Source: Chiloscyllium plagiosum (taxonomy: Eukaryota). Taken from it: 64,000 bases of DNA. The DNA is taken from contig NC_057718.1 of NCBI RefSeq assembly GCF_004010195.1, forward strand, positions 56,056,603 through 56,120,602. Reading direction: 5' to 3'. The notes under the pieces are model-generated. The model searched no databases and had not been told where the DNA came from. It worked only from the letters and a program-made list of their open reading frames with translations. Both the position numbers and the translations under genes were made by a program. Shown piece after piece: positions 1-13,700 of the stretch; the stretch's first letter is position 1, and every line of letters begins with the position of its first letter.

Positions 1-2193
1 GGGGAGTGGAGTGCATTATTTCCCCCTCCAACTCTATTTTGATTTAGTCCCTACCCTCCCCTTCACTGTTTTGATCACACAGCATTGCTCTTCGATGTGA
101 AGGGCAGTGCTTGTCACTGGCCACTCGTGTGTTTTCCTATCTTCCTGGTGGTGAAAATTGAATAAAGATTCGTGCACTTTGTGTCTTTCACTGTGTCTCA
201 CACGTATACACACACACCATGGGTGCTGGGGAAAAAATAAGCACTACCGCACTTAGATGGTAGTGTGGGGGTTAAATTAAAAAAAATAAAGTAATAGTGG
301 AAGCTGCCCGGACGGAATTTCACATTGGCCCCAAGGTCCCGTACTTCCCGCGGGAGCCTGTGCCCCACAACCTGAGCCGCCTCCAGAATTTTAATTTTGT
401 CTCTTTTAAGGACGTAAAAAGGCGGGCCCTGTATCAACTGTTGCTGCACGCTGTCCACCTCTTCTCCCTCATCCACCGTCCGGACACGCCTTGGCGTGCC
501 CATTTGCCACCGGGCGGTGGACTCTCTACGTGGGAGTCCTCCCCCTTTCTCTTGGGGATCTGGGGTGGAGGGTGCTGCACGCAGCGGTCCCCTGCAACAG
601 CAGATTGCGGTGGTTCACGGACTCCCAGCCCAACTGCTTGTTCCGTGGCACTGTGGAGTCCGTGGACCATATATATATTGGGTGTGGGCGTTTGCACTCC
701 CTTTTTGATTTTCTTAAAAACCTTCTCCTCTGTTTTTGGCTGCACTTCAGTCCCACGCTCCTGATCTTTGGGCACCCGGTACGGAGGAGGGAGGGCAGGT
801 CTGAAGACCTCCTCGTGCGTCTGCTCCTGGGCCTGGCCATCAACAGCGGGCCGTGGAGGGGGTCGTTTGGGCCGACTGCCTGCCCCTCCTCTGCGGTTAC
901 GTTAGAGCCCGGGTGTCCTTGGAGAAGGAGCGCGCGATCTCCACCAACACCCTGGAGTTGTTCTGGGAGACGTGGGCGCCACAGGGAGTGGAGTGCATTA
1001 TTTCCCCCTCCAACTCTATTTTGATTTAATCCCTGCCCTCCCCTTCACTATTTGATCACACAGCATTGCCCTTTTGTGAAGGGCAGTGCTTGTCACTGGC
1101 CACTCGGGTGTTTTCCTATCTTCCTGGTGGTGGAATTGAATAAAGATTTGTACACCTTATGTCTCTCACTGTCTCACACCTTTACACACATGGGTGCTGG
1201 GGAAAAAAATAAGCACTACCGGAGTTAGACGGGAGTGTGGGGGTAAAAAAAGGAGTATCAGAGGTTCTGTTCACTCTAATAATAATTAAAAAAGTAATAG
1301 GGGAAGCTGCCCGGACGGAATTTCACATTGGCTCCAATGTCCTGTACTTCCCGCGGGAGCCTGTGCCCCACAACCTGAGTCGCCTCCGGAATTTTAATTT
1401 TGTCTCTTTTAAGGACGTAAAAAGGCGGGCCCTGTATCAACTGCTGCTGCACACCGTCCACCTCTTCTCCCTTATCCACCGTTCGGACACGCCTTGGTGT
1501 GCCCATTTGCCACCGGGAGGTGGAGATCCCCAGTGGAGGGCTCTCAATGAGGGAGTCCTCCCCCTTTCTCTTGGGGATCTGGGGTGGAGGGTGCTGCATG
1601 CAGCGGTCCCCTGCAACCGCAGATTGCAGTGGTTCACGGACTCCCAGCCCAACTGCTTGTTCTGGGGTGCTGTGGAGTCCATGGACCATATATATATTGG
1701 GTGTGGACGTTTACACTCCCTTTTTGATTTTCTTAAAAACCTCCTCCTCTGCTTTTGGTTGCACTTCAGTCCCACGCTCCTGATCTTCGGGCACCCGGTA
1801 CGGAGGAGGGAGGGCAGGTCTGAAGACCTCCTCGTGGGTCTGATCCTGGGCCTGGCCAAACAGGCCATAAACAGGTCCAGACAGCCTACCCCTCTTCCGC
1901 GGTTACGTTAGAGCCCGGGTGTCCTTGGAGAAGGAGCACGCGGTCTCCACCAACACCCTGGAGTTGTTCAGGGAGAGGTGGGCGCTGCAGGGAGTGGAGT
2001 GCATTATTTCTCCCTCCAACTCTATTTTGATTTCATCCCTGCCCTCCCCTTCACTGTTTGATCACACAGCATTGCCCTTTGATGTGAAGGGCGCTGCTTG
2101 TCACTGACCACTCGGGTGTTTCCTTTCTTCCTGGTGGTGGAAACTGAATAAAGATTCGTGGACCTGTGTCTTTCACTGTAAAAGAAAAAAAAA
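1..2193 (+). mobile_element. Head-to-tail array of three 5'-truncated Tx1-clade LINE 3' ends (first unit cut by the window edge): 1-290, 304-1293, 1307-2193
   Basis: ORF2 C-terminus GDLGWRVLHAAVPCN..CLFxGxVESxDHIYIGC (zf-RVT-like) ...ECIISPSNSILI, then a 3' UTR with AATAAA and an A-rich tail in each unit; copies carry different indels and frameshifts. Confidence 0.85.
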
Positions 2194-3195
2194 GTAATAT
2201 TGGAAGGTTGATTTTTGGACTGGACGCTTGTGACCAGCAGTGTTCTACAGGGATCAGATCTTGGTCCGCTTTTGTTTATCATTTACTCAAATGATTTGGA
2301 TTAAAACATTGAAGGCAGTTTGTAACATAAGTTTGCAGACACCACCAAAATTCATGGCATAGTAGATTGTGAAGAAGATTTCTAAGATTACAAAAGGATC
2401 TTGATCAAATGGGTTAATGGGTTGAAAAATGGCAGATGACATTCAATCAGTATAAATGCAAGGTATAGCATTTTGAAACAACAAACAAGGGTAGGGCTTA
2501 TACAATTAATGGTAGTGCCTTGGGTAGTGTTGTGGAGGAAAGTGACCTAGGGGTGCAGGTACATAATTCTTTGAAGTTTGCATCATATATAGACTGAGTG
2601 GTTAAAAAGGCATTAGGTATGCTTGCCTTCATTTGCTCAGTCCTTTGAGTATACAAGTTATGTTGAGGTTGTACAGGACGCTGATGAGAACTGGAATATC
2701 GTGTCCAGTTCTGGTTGTCCAGTTATAGGAAGGATATTATCAAGCTGGAGGAGGTTTGGAAGAGATTTACCAGGTTTTTGCCAGTTATGGAATATTTGAG
2801 TTCTAAAGAAAGGCTGATACTTTTTCACTGGAGCTTAGGCAATCTGACAAAAGTTTATAAAAATGAGGTATAGATAGGTTAATGGTAGTTATGCCTTCCC
2901 TAGATGGGGTATTTCAAGACTGGGTCACATTCAGTCTTATGAGGAGAGAGATTTAAAAAATGAGGCAATTTTTTTTAATGCAGAGGGTGGTTTGCATGTG
3001 GAATGAACTTTGAGGAAGTGATGGATAAGGGTACAATTACAACATTCAAAAGACATTTGGATAGACACTTGAATAGGAATATTTTGGAGGAAGAGGAGTC
3101 AGGGAGCAGGCAGCTGAGACTAGTTTAGTTTGGGATTGTGTTTGGCCTGGACTGGTTGGACCGCTGGATCTGCTTTTGTGCTGTAGGACTCTATA
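2194..3195 (+). mobile_element. CR1/HER1-type LINE 3' fragment (the Tx1 insertion target), degenerate
   Basis: Decayed RT motifs (VTSSVLQGSDLGP, KFADTTKI, VQFW) and a CR1 3' tail ending near 3195. Confidence 0.8.
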
Positions 3196-3249
3196 AATGG
3201 AAGTGCTGGTGGTAACTGCAGTATGTAGGACTATGTATTAGTGCCAGAC

Positions 3250-6135
3250 AACTTATTATTGATACATTTGCTCGAGGTGTGTAAAAGTGACTTTAAAAAC
3301 CCAGGCTTCCTAGCAGTTCTGGACAACCATACCTGCAGCAACTGTCTGCAGTTTGTGCACCTTTGGGCTCAGTATTGCTGAGCTGGTATGAGTTACAAAC
3401 ACTGCAGAGCGTCAGGGAGGAGAGTATCCTCAGCACTTTGTTGCAGGAGGCAGACATATCCTTAAGATTAGGTAGAACTTTAGATTTGGTTGAAGGTCAC
3501 ACGGAAAGCAAGCTGTGATACGTAAGGTACAAGGAACCAGCTTGGAGAAAACTCCACTACCTTATCCAACAAGTAGGATGTACTTGTTACCTCTGTGAAT
3601 GAAGTAATGGACGGCAAGGAGGATAAGCAGACTGACCATGGCATCATGGTGAGGGATGCCATTTGAATGGAAGAGGAGGAAGTAGGATGATAGGGAATAC
3701 TATAAATGTTCTTCTCTGTAGCCTCAATTAGAAACTCCTTACATTGAAGAGGAACTTAGGGATGGAAGGGGAAAGATTCAGGTATTATGGTTCACATGGA
3801 AACAAGTGTCATTAGAATATCATTTCTAGCTGTACCTGAATTCAGGCTGCAAATTTAAAGTACAGAACATCAATCATTTCTGCATTGTTACCAGAGTGGG
3901 AAATGAGGAAACAACAGAGGCATTAAGCATTGTGTCTGACTTGACAAAAGACCATAATTCTATTAGCTTTAAAATAGTAATGGAAAAGTATAGACCATCT
4001 CAAAGTTGACATTCTAAATTGGAGGAAGGCTAATTTTGATGGTATTAGACAAAAACATTCAAAATCTGATTGGGGGCAAATGTTCACAGGGAAGGGGACG
4101 GCTGGAAAATGGGAAGCTTTCAGAAATGAGATAAGGAGTGTCCAGAAAGTATATTCCTGTTAGGGTGAAAGGAAACGCAAGTAGATATAGGGAATGCTGC
4201 ATGACTAAAGAAATTATGGGTTTGGTTAAGAAAAAGAAGTAAGCAAATGTTCGGTAGATTATAAAGGCATTAGGAGTATACTTAAGAGGGAAATCAGGAG
4301 GTCAAAAAGGGGACATGAGATAGCATTGGTAAATAAGAGTTAAGGAGAATACAAAGGGTTTTTATAAATACATTAAGGACAAAAGGAAAACTAGGGAGAG
4401 AATAGGACCCCTCAAAAGATCAGCAAGGTGGTCTTTGTGTGGAGCCACAGGAGATACCGAACGAATATTTTGCATCGGTGTTTACTGTGGCAAAGGACAT
4501 GGAAGATATAGATTGCAGGGAAACAGACGTCTTGAAAAATGTTCATTTTACAGAGGAGGACGTGCTGGATATCTTGAAACACAAAAGCGGATAAAGCGGA
4601 TATAGCATCTGATCAGGTGTACCCTAGAACTCTGTGGGAAGCTATGGAAGTGATTGCTGAGCCCCTTGCGGAGATATTTGTATTATCGATAGTCACAGGT
4701 GAGGTGCCAGAAAACTAGAGGTTGGCTAACGTGGTGCCACTGTTTAAGAAGGGTGGTAAGCACAAGCCAGGGAACTAGAGACCTGTGAGCCTGACGTTGG
4801 TGGTGGGCAAGTTGTTGGAGGGAATCCTGAGGGACAGGATGTACATGTATTTGGAAAGGCAAGGACTGATTATGGATAGTCAACATGGCTTTGTGCGTGG
4901 GAAATCATGTCTCACAAACTTGATTGAGTTTTGAAGAAGTAACAAAGAAGATTGATGACAGCAGAACAGTAGACGTTTGCGATATGGACTTCAGTGAGGC
5001 GTTCGACAAGGTTCCCCATGGGAAACTGGTTAGCAAGGTTAGATCTTACGGAATACCAGGAGAACTAGCCACCTGGATACAGAACTCAAAGGTAGAAGAC
5101 AGGGTGGTAGAGGGTTGTTTTTCAAACTGGAGGCCTGTGACCAGTGGAGTGCCACGAGGATCAGTACTGGGTCCACTACTTTTTGTCATTTATATAAATG
5201 ATTTGGATGTGAGCTTAAGAGGTATAGTTAGTAAGTTCGTTGATGACACCAAAATTAGCGGTGTAGTGGACAGCAAAGAAGGTTACCTCAGATTACAACA
5301 GGATCTTGATCAGATGGGCCAATGGGCTGTGAATTCGCAGATGGAGTTTAAAAATGTGAGGTGCTGCATTTTGGGAAAGCAAACCTTAGCAGGACTTATA
5401 CACCTAATGGTAAGGTCCTGGGGAGTGTTGCTGAACAAAGAGACCTTGGAGTGCAGGTTCATAGCTCCTTGAAAGTAGTTGCAGCAGGTAGATAGGATAG
5501 TGAAGGCAGCATTTGGTATTCTTTCCTTTATTGGTCAGAGTATGAGTACAGGAGTTGGGAGGTCATGTTATGACTGTACAGGACATTGTTAGGCCACTTT
5601 TGGAATATTGTGCAATTCTGGTCTCTTTCCTATTGGAAGGATGTTATAAAACCTGAAAGGGTTCAGAAAAGATTTACAAGGATATTGCCAGGGTTAGAGG
5701 ATTTGAGCTATAGGGAGAGGTTGAATAGACTGGAACATCAGAGGCTGAGGGGTGACCTTATAGAAGTTTATTTATAAAATCATGAGGAACATGGATAGGG
5801 TAAGTCGATAGGGTCTTTTCCCTGGGTGGGAGAGTCCAGAACTAGAGGGCATAAGTTTAAGATGAGAGGGGCAAGATATAAAAGAGACCTAAGGGGCAAT
5901 GTTTTCACACAGAGTGGAATGTGTGGAATGTGCTGCCAGAGGAAGTGGTGGAGGCTAGTACAATTGCAGCATTTAAAATGCATCTGGATGGGTATATGAA
6001 TAGGAAGGATTTAAAAGGTATATGGGTTGGGTGCTGGCAGGTGGAACTAGATTGGGTTGGGATATCTGGTCAGCGTGGACAAGTTTGACCGAAGGGTCTG
6101 TTTCTGTGCTGCATATCTCTATGAATATGACTCTA
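3250..6135 (+). mobile_element. Degenerate CR1 LINE(s): ORF1 remnants near 3250-3900 and ORF2 RT near 3950-6135
   Basis: ORF 4924-5472 has DFSEAFDKVPH, GVPRGSVLGPLLF, KFVDDTKI; QHGFVRGKSCLTNL upstream; stops and frameshifts throughout. Confidence 0.85.
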
Positions 6136-6772
6136 AAATAAGATTCAAACCAGAAATAGACACTAACTAAAGGGAAGGAAATTAGGACAATTAACAATCA
6201 AGGAAAAAGTACTGGAGGAGAAGTACCAGGGACTAAATTCCAACAAATCACCAGGATTGAGAGTAAGTATCACTTCACTGAAGTGTTCAGAAATGTTGGC
6301 ATTATGTAACCCATTTGGCTGTCAAAACTCCATTGTATATACTTAAGGCTGTGACAGACATCTTTTTTGGTTTCTCAGGAATCAAGGGATATGGGACCGA
6401 TTAGAAAAGAGCAGTTGAAGCCAGATATCAGCTATGATCAACCTGAATAGTGAAACAGGTTCAAGAGACAATATGGACTACACTTGCCCTTTATTATTAT
6501 TAGGGTCAGTATGTAGGCCTAGTTAAATTGCTCTTGCAGAGTGGCTGTGGATTTGACATGCCTCTTTCTGTGCTGCAATCATTCTATGATTCTATAAACA
6601 TTTCAAAAACTACAGGGCCTTTACAGACCATTAAATTTCAAATTACTTTGACAAAGACCTCTATATAAAATATACAAATTTTGTACATGGATAATTTTAT
6701 ATTAAGCTAACCTACATATGTATGGTTTACACACAAAATCCATGTTGCTTGTAAGCTTAATTCATTCTCATT

Positions 6773-7642
6773 TTTATTTCACAATGCATTCCCCAAAGGC
6801 CTGAGCCCAATTCGTTTACAATGTAATGTCCACTCTCAGATGTGCGCAAACAATGTTTGCAATTTCCAAGTTACATTTATTCATAGCATTAGATACAGTC
6901 CACAAATAATCAAAAGTACAGTTAAAATTTTGCTATAGATGTGCTCATACATTTCTGGCTAAACAGATGAAAATCTGATGAATTGAACATTTATGCTGAG
7001 ATTTTATGGCATATATATCTTAGTGTATGGTTCAGTGCTGTGGATCCATCTTTAAAATTCAGTTACCTCTGAAATAACAAGCACTGTGGAGCTGCTCAAG
7101 TCAACTTGCTAGCTTAGTGAAACACTAACTGGGTAATTGTTAAAACAGTAAAATCTTAATACAGCGACAGGTTTTAGTCAGAAAAGCAAGACCTCAAATT
7201 TCACTACAATGGAACAGTAAATATTTTGATCACATGGAGTTAGAAATTTGCACCAACCTCACAGCATAGATCCTACAAACAGTGTGCAAACTGGGGAGGG
7301 GGCAGGGAATACCAAAAGCTCCAACTGCACCATGATTTGTTTTCACATAATAAGACACTATCCCGACACGTGCAATGTATAGTTTCTCAAATCTTTAATA
7401 CAAACCAGTGTTCTCTGTACCAAATGACATAAATAAACTGAATTCAAACTTCCTACATGTTAGCATGTGATATAATGTAATACGAAATAGACTACAGTTA
7501 AACACTTTGTTACTACCAAAATGGAAAAGACTTGCAAATTACACTGCAGTTCCAAGGCTATTTTGTTCTTTCCAATCCTCCCTGTGATAATCCAAGTGAC
7601 AGCCCAGCAGAAAACATGCTATGAAGCACAGGACAAGCTCCA
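6773..7642 (-). other. RTN4: RTN4 3' UTR with two candidate AATAAA signals (6876-6881 and 6773-6778)
   Basis: Follows the TAA at 7643-7645; no recognisable TE sequence; plus-strand TTTATT at both positions. Confidence 0.6.
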
Positions 7643-7685
7643 TTACTCAGTCTTCTTCTTCAGTCCAGGAATTTTCGTTTGAATC
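7643..7685 (-). CDS. RTN4: RTN4 last coding exon: (K)IQTKIPGLKKKTE*
   Basis: ttctag|G acceptor; 43 nt including TAA; matches the reticulon C-terminus IQAKIPGLKRKAE with a dilysine ER-retrieval-type end. Confidence 0.95.
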
Positions 7686-8109
7686 CTAGAATGAGAAGAT
7701 ACAAATTGATATAAATTCAAATAAATTCACAAATTTGTCATGTTACACATTTAAAACATTATATACTTTTACTAGCCTATATCATTTCATTAGCCAGTTT
7801 CACAATTTTAAGGTAATGGCATATACATTCTCTAGTAGGCAGTAACTATAGCACAGCAGTGAAGTAACATTTTATGGCAAAACATTAACATTTAGTCAAA
7901 GATTACACACAATAGATGCACTTAGGAATGGCTTTAATGGTTTTTCATGCATAAATCGGAAAAAAATTAAAAATAAAAGTTGTAATTGTTTAAAACTGTG
8001 GGCATTTTGGAATTAAGTCTGATCACGGAAAGCCTGGAGTATAGAAATCAGGATAACATTTTGAATTCCATGCAGGTAATATGAACCTTTTGCAATACTC
8101 TTAATAAGG

Positions 8110-8440
8110 CAGCAGGGCTAGTAGTCATGCCACTGGACTAGTAATCCAGAATTCAAGTTAATATTATGGGGACATGGGTTCAAATCCCACAGTGGCAGAT
8201 GTTGAAATTTTAAATCAGTAAAAGCTAATGTCCTAATGTATACCATGCTAACAACTCTCAGTGTCATAAATCACCAACATCCTTTACAAAAGGATAGCAG
8301 CCATCCTAGTCTGATTTGGCCTACATGTGACTCCAGACTCTCAAAGATATGGTCAACTCTTAACTGCCACATCTAAACAATTATGGATGGGCAATGAATG
8401 CTGGCCTCGCCAAAGAGGTCCTCACCCATAAATGAATACA
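8110..8440 (+). mobile_element. Degenerate tRNA-derived SINE with a LINE-derived tail
   Basis: B-box-like GGTTCAAATCC; tail GGGCAATGAATGCTGGCC...ATAAATGAAT resembles the LINE end at about 59400-59450. Confidence 0.6.
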
Positions 8441-9855
8441 TTTCATAAATTTCTTAGAGTTCACAACAAACATCAAACTGAAAATGCTACGACCTGAACA
8501 AAACTAGTTAAAATGAAGCCTACCAAGGCAACCATATAGCTAAGAGAAATCACACATTGAAAAACCGCAAACAGTTTGACTTCATATCTCTCCATAAAAT
8601 ATAAAATTTAAAATTAATAATTGGCATGATAGGCCAGGAACAAACCAATAAGTATTAAAGGATGGTTCAGGAAACTATATGGAGCAAGGATGACAGAACC
8701 AGAGGAGAGTATCAATCCTAATTAATTAGGCTAAATTTACAAATAATATTCAAGCAGTCAACTCTATAACATGCCTCAAACAAATGATAGTTCAATAGTA
8801 TCAGTGGGTACATTAAACTGAAAATTTATTTCATAATCTGACAGAAGCTTTAACATATGATCTGGCACTCAGCGTTTGCTGGGTCCAATTCATTCTTATC
8901 TACCTGCAACACCAAAGTAAACTTACCAAATTCACTATAGCTGCTGACCAGAAAGACATTTTTCAATGTGACACCAGCAAAGCATTACAGAAATTTACAA
9001 AGATCAACACAAATTAACTCAAGGAATTTTGGAAAAACGTCCAATGAGCAACGCAATTAATTCAACATGACAAACATTACAAACCAAAGGACAATCAATG
9101 CCATTAATTAAAACAGTAACTTTTTTTTTTAAAAAGGAATGAGCAGAACTCTCAACCGCTTACGAACTGGTCTGAGTCAATCTAAACAACAAAAACAGAT
9201 AAGAACTTCAATAAATAAGATGCCAATTTCTTTCATGGTGTAACAAACCAGAGAAGTATTCCAAATCAAGCTGTGTACACAAATGAAGAACGCTTTAAAA
9301 AAAGGTTTTCAGGATGGAAAAATTATGAATACAGTAAGGGCATAGGAACCACACCATGAATTTTAAAATGTGCAAGCCTAGTAACTGTACAGCTCAACAT
9401 CAATACCATATCTCAAGTAAACAGAAAGAAAGTTCTGGAAATGATTTTCTTTCCAGAATTATTTCAAGTAACTTCCAACACCTGGTATATTGACACCTTT
9501 TAGAATTATGCAAGGCACACAGTAAGAAACTAAGTTATGGAATTGTTAATATGCCAAAACACAGTTTTATTTACAGTTTAGCTAACATCAAAATCTGAGA
9601 AATGGTGTTTACTGATTTCCCTTAGGAGCATGACCAAACTTTAAGGATGACTGCAAAAATGCAGAAGTATTTTCTAGTGTTCAAGAACAACGTAGCATCA
9701 GAGCTTTACAAATTGCATTTTCTGAAGGCATGTCAGCTAAATTCAACAGTTAAGAACATGCATCATAAATTGAGACACAAACTTCCACTTGCAATAAAAT
9801 GTTACACTGCATAGTTACCACGTTTAAAACATGTCACTATTTTTTGGATACTTAC

Positions 9856-9914
9856 TTAGCAGTGATATCTCTAATCTGCTTACTTGCTATCCCTATGTAA
9901 TGATCAATTTGAGT
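9856..9914 (-). CDS. RTN4: RTN4 RHD exon 5 (59 nt): TQIDHYIGIASKQIRDITA(K)
   Basis: ctttag| acceptor and |gtaagt donor; conserved 59-nt size; QIDHY motif. Confidence 0.95.
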
Positions 9915-11380
9915 CTAAAGAAATAAAAAAGACAGTTAAAGGGGCATTCATATATTTAAGATCATTCTATGAGAGGCCTCACATTAGATTAAATAGGTCC
10001 AGCAAATCCCAGCCTTCCTCAAGACCAGCAATACACAATAATGATGGAAAGTATGGACCACTTTAAATGTTAGAGGCCTGGGGGGGAAAAAAAAGTCAGT
10101 CATTCATGTGCAAGAACTAGCCATGAAAAGCTTTCTTGTATGTAAATGAGTGCATATATTGCAACAACCTGATGAAATTGAATTGTAGAACTGCTTCTTG
10201 TATTTGGGGCAAAACAATTCCCTCTGAATTCAAAGTTCACAACCATTACTTTGGAAGACCGGAGAAAAGTTTTAGCTCCAGTCTCATCTTCACGGTTTAT
10301 CAATGGAAACGTCCGTCAATAGCGACCAGGAGTATGCTGGGAAAATGGTGCAAGAGTTCTCAGAAGTCATTTAGGTTACAAAGTAGGTTTTTGTTGAAAC
10401 AAATTACCTGTACCACTTAATGCAATTAATTCAACATGAAAATGGAGACATCTCAAATGTTGCAACTTCCACTGAAAGTTCATTCCACAGACAAACCATT
10501 ATGTTAACAAAAAAAAAATGCCCTTTGCATCATTTTTAAAATCTTTCTCCTCTCACCTTTAAAATATGCTGCCAGTCCTGAAATCCCTACTGAGGGAAAA
10601 GACACCTGCCACTGACCTTATCTATACCCCTCATAACTTTATAAACCTCTACAGTCACCCCCCAACCTCCTATGCTCCAATGCAAGTTTTCCCAGTCTAT
10701 CCTGCCTCTCCATTACGGTGGTAATAGCACAAAACAATGAAGCCCCTCTCTACTTTCCCAGCCTCATAAACCTCATTAATCATTGTATCATAAAGCTTAG
10801 GTTAATTGTGGAAACAGGGAACAAACCAGAATAAAATGTTTATCTGGGGATAAAAATCAATTTTAATGGCTAAGAATGGATTCTGCCCAGATGGCAAGAA
10901 TCAAAGGTTGGCAGGCAAAACAGTATCTGAAATGATGTACTGTCTTCGGAGGTGTGTGTTTTGGGGACAGGTAAGTTTGATTCCCATGAAGTGGAAAGGT
11001 ACGGCAAATAAATTCAGAGCTACCTGGATGACAAAAGAGAGAAAGATCAAGACGAATAAGAAAACATGCTCATCAAGAGAGAAACAAAGTGAAAATAAAT
11101 AGTTCACGGGGGAATTGAAAATTCAGAAAACAAAGTAGGAAGAGAGGCTGACAACTGATACAAAAGGAATTCTAAATCTTCCAAAGGCATATAATCAAAG
11201 AAAGGGTAGCAAAAGTTCTGGGGCTGATTAAGGACTAATGCATTGTCTTTATCAAGGAAGATGATAGCATGCTAGTCATCGTGAGAAAGGAGGCAGCTCA
11301 GATACTTGAAAAGTTTAAAATTGAAAGCTTGGGATAAGTTGTATGGATTTAAGTAAATGATGTGGAGGAGCCAGTAACTG

Positions 11381-11678
11381 GGCGGCACAGTGGTTAGCAC
11401 TGCTGCCTCACAGCGCCAGAGACCCAGGTTCAATTCCCGCCTCAGGCGACTGTCTGTGTGGAGTTTGCACATTCTCCCCGTGTTTCCTCTGGATGCTCCG
11501 GTTTCCTCCCAAAATCCAAAAGTGTGCAGGTCAGGTGAACTGGCCATGCTAAATTGCCCGTAGTGTTAGGTGCAGGGGTAAACATAGGGAAATGGGTCTG
11601 GGTGGGTGCGCTTTGGTGGGTCGGTGTGGACTTGTTGGGCCGAAGGGCCTGTTTCCACACTAAGTAATCTAATCTAAA
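11381..11678 (+). mobile_element. HE1-type V-SINE
   Basis: tRNA-like head (GGCACAGTGGTTAGCACTG, GGTTCAATTCC), V-domain TGTGTGGAGTTTGCACATTCTCCCCG, (TAATC)n tail. Confidence 0.9.
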
Positions 11679-11689
11679 AACAACTGGGC

Positions 11690-13200
11690 TGGACAAAGTT
11701 AAAAATCAGTCCAACAGGTTTCTTTGGAAGCACTAGCTTCCAGAGCACTGCTCCTTTATCAGGTGGTCGTGGACAATTAGACCATAAGACCACAATTTAT
11801 AGCAAAAAAGATTGCAGTTTCATGCAACTGAAACAAAATATTGAAGAAACCTAGATTGCTGTTAAGTCTTTCATCTTTTAGAATGGGTTGCAGGATTTGG
11901 TTCAGTAATATGTAAATCCCAGAACTTCTTTTAAGATATCTTGATTTTATAACAAAAGGTGACATCTCAGCTCAGACAATGCATTAAGGAACAAAGAAAA
12001 TTTGCAGCCCAGGAACAGGCCCTTTGGCCCTCCAAGCCTGAGCTGATCCAAATCCACTGTCTAAACTCGTTGCCCAATTCCTAAGCATCTGTAGCCCTCT
12101 GCTCCCCACCTACTCATGCATCTGTCCAGACGCCCCTTAAGTGAATCTACCATGCCTGCCTCTACTACCTCTGTTGGCAACGCGCTGCAGACACCCACCA
12201 CTCTCTGTGTAAAGTACTTGCCATGTGTATCCCCCTTAAACTTTTCACCTCTCACCTTGAAAGTGTGACCTCTCGTTATTGAATCCTTCACCCTGGGAAA
12301 AACTTTATCTCTATCTATCCTGTCTATACTCTTCATGATTTTGTAGACCTCAATCAGGTCCCCCCTTAATCTCCTTTTTTCTAATGAAAACAAACCTAAC
12401 CTACTCAACCTTTCTTCATAGCTAGCACATTCCATACGAGGCAATATCCTTCTCTGCACCCTCTCCAAAGCATCCACATCCTTTTGGTAATGTGGTGACC
12501 AGAACTGTACACAGTATTCTAAATGCAGCCGAACCAACGCCGTGTTCAATTTTAACATGACCTGCCAGCTCTTATACTCAATGCCCCGTCCGATGAAAGC
12601 AAGCATACCATATTCCTTCTTGACCACTCTATCCACCTGTGCAGCAACTTTCAGGGTACAATGCACCTGCACTCCCAGATCTCTCAGTTCATTACCTTTT
12701 CCCAACAGCAAATGCCCTCTTTCAAATCATTTATGTATATCACAAATAACAGTGACCCCAGTACTAACCCCTATGGAACACCACTGGTCACCTTTCTCCA
12801 GTTCAAAAACTCCCTTCAAATACTACTGTCTCCTGTTGCTCAAACAATTCTTATCCAACTAGCTAGAACACCCTGCACACCATGTGACTTCACTTTCTCT
12901 ATTAGTTTATCATGGGGAAGTTTATCAAACCCCTTACTACAATCCATGTATATGGCATCAACAGCCCTTCCTTCATCTATCAACTTGATTGACTCCTCAA
13001 TGAATTCTATTAGGTTGGTAAGGCACGATCCCCCCTGCACAAAACCATGTTGCCTATCACGGATAGGCCCATTCTTTTTAAAATATAAAATAGATGCTAC
13101 CCCTCAGTACCTTCTCCAGCAACGTTCCCACCAAATTAAAGGTGAGGTTAATCTGTCTGCATCCCAATCTTGCGTCAGATTGGTTCTATTTGTTATTTTT
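11690..13200 (-). mobile_element. Penelope-like element terminal region split by a CR1 insertion (pieces near 11690-11988 and 13131-13200)
   Basis: Minus-strand CTGATAAAGGAGCAGTGCTCTGGAAGCT, a degenerate minimal hammerhead; same family as 53881-54115. Confidence 0.55.
11989..13130 (-). mobile_element. CR1 LINE 3' fragment
   Basis: ORFs 12061-12711 (LEYCVQFWSPH, RLRGDLIEVYKIM, YFTQRVV) and 12840-13040 (SCLTNLIEF). Confidence 0.9.
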
Positions 13201-13329
13201 TTCACTTTAAAGAAATGTCTATAGTGGAGATCCCCATGGGTTGGTATCGGGACTCTTGCTATAACCAACTAATCCCCAGACCTTATAGTACAGGTCATAA
13301 TTTCAAAGTGTGCTGATGATCAGATGTGC

Positions 13330-13700
13330 CAGTTCAGCATTTTACAAGCTATAGCAGTGAATGTTTGATAACAAAAACATCGGCAAGTCAACAAAAGTCC
13401 TTGTAAACAGAGCAGTCATTATCTTACTCCTTTACTAAGGATGGATCTTAATCGTGCATCAGCAACACGTAACAGAAATTCCATCAGCAAACGCCTGCTC
13501 TCTCATTCAGATTCAGTGGGAGGACCAAACAAATGCTGGAGTTCTACTAGATGCCAGTTCCGCAAGCATTCAGGCAAAATGGCCTATAAAAAAGATCAAT
13601 TATGCTGGATGCAACTGTGGCAACAGATGGTTGAAAAATGTCTCCAAATACAGTTTCTGTTCTCAACTCTCAAATGGTATAAGAAAAGGGTACAAACACA
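13330..13700 (+). mobile_element. RTE-clade LINE remnant
   Basis: IQIQWEDQTNAGVLLDASSASIQA resembles the RTE C-terminal motif IxWxDxxTNxxVLxxAxxxSI. Confidence 0.55.

Noticed and set aside
198..1868. Minus-strand ORFs over the Tx1 array
   Set aside because: Antisense shadows of GC-rich LINE ORF2 with no independent motifs
11381..11450. tRNA genes at A/B-box sequences (also near 8130, 42360, 62645 and 63750)
   Set aside because: These are SINE heads that continue into SINE bodies and tails; no full cloverleaf
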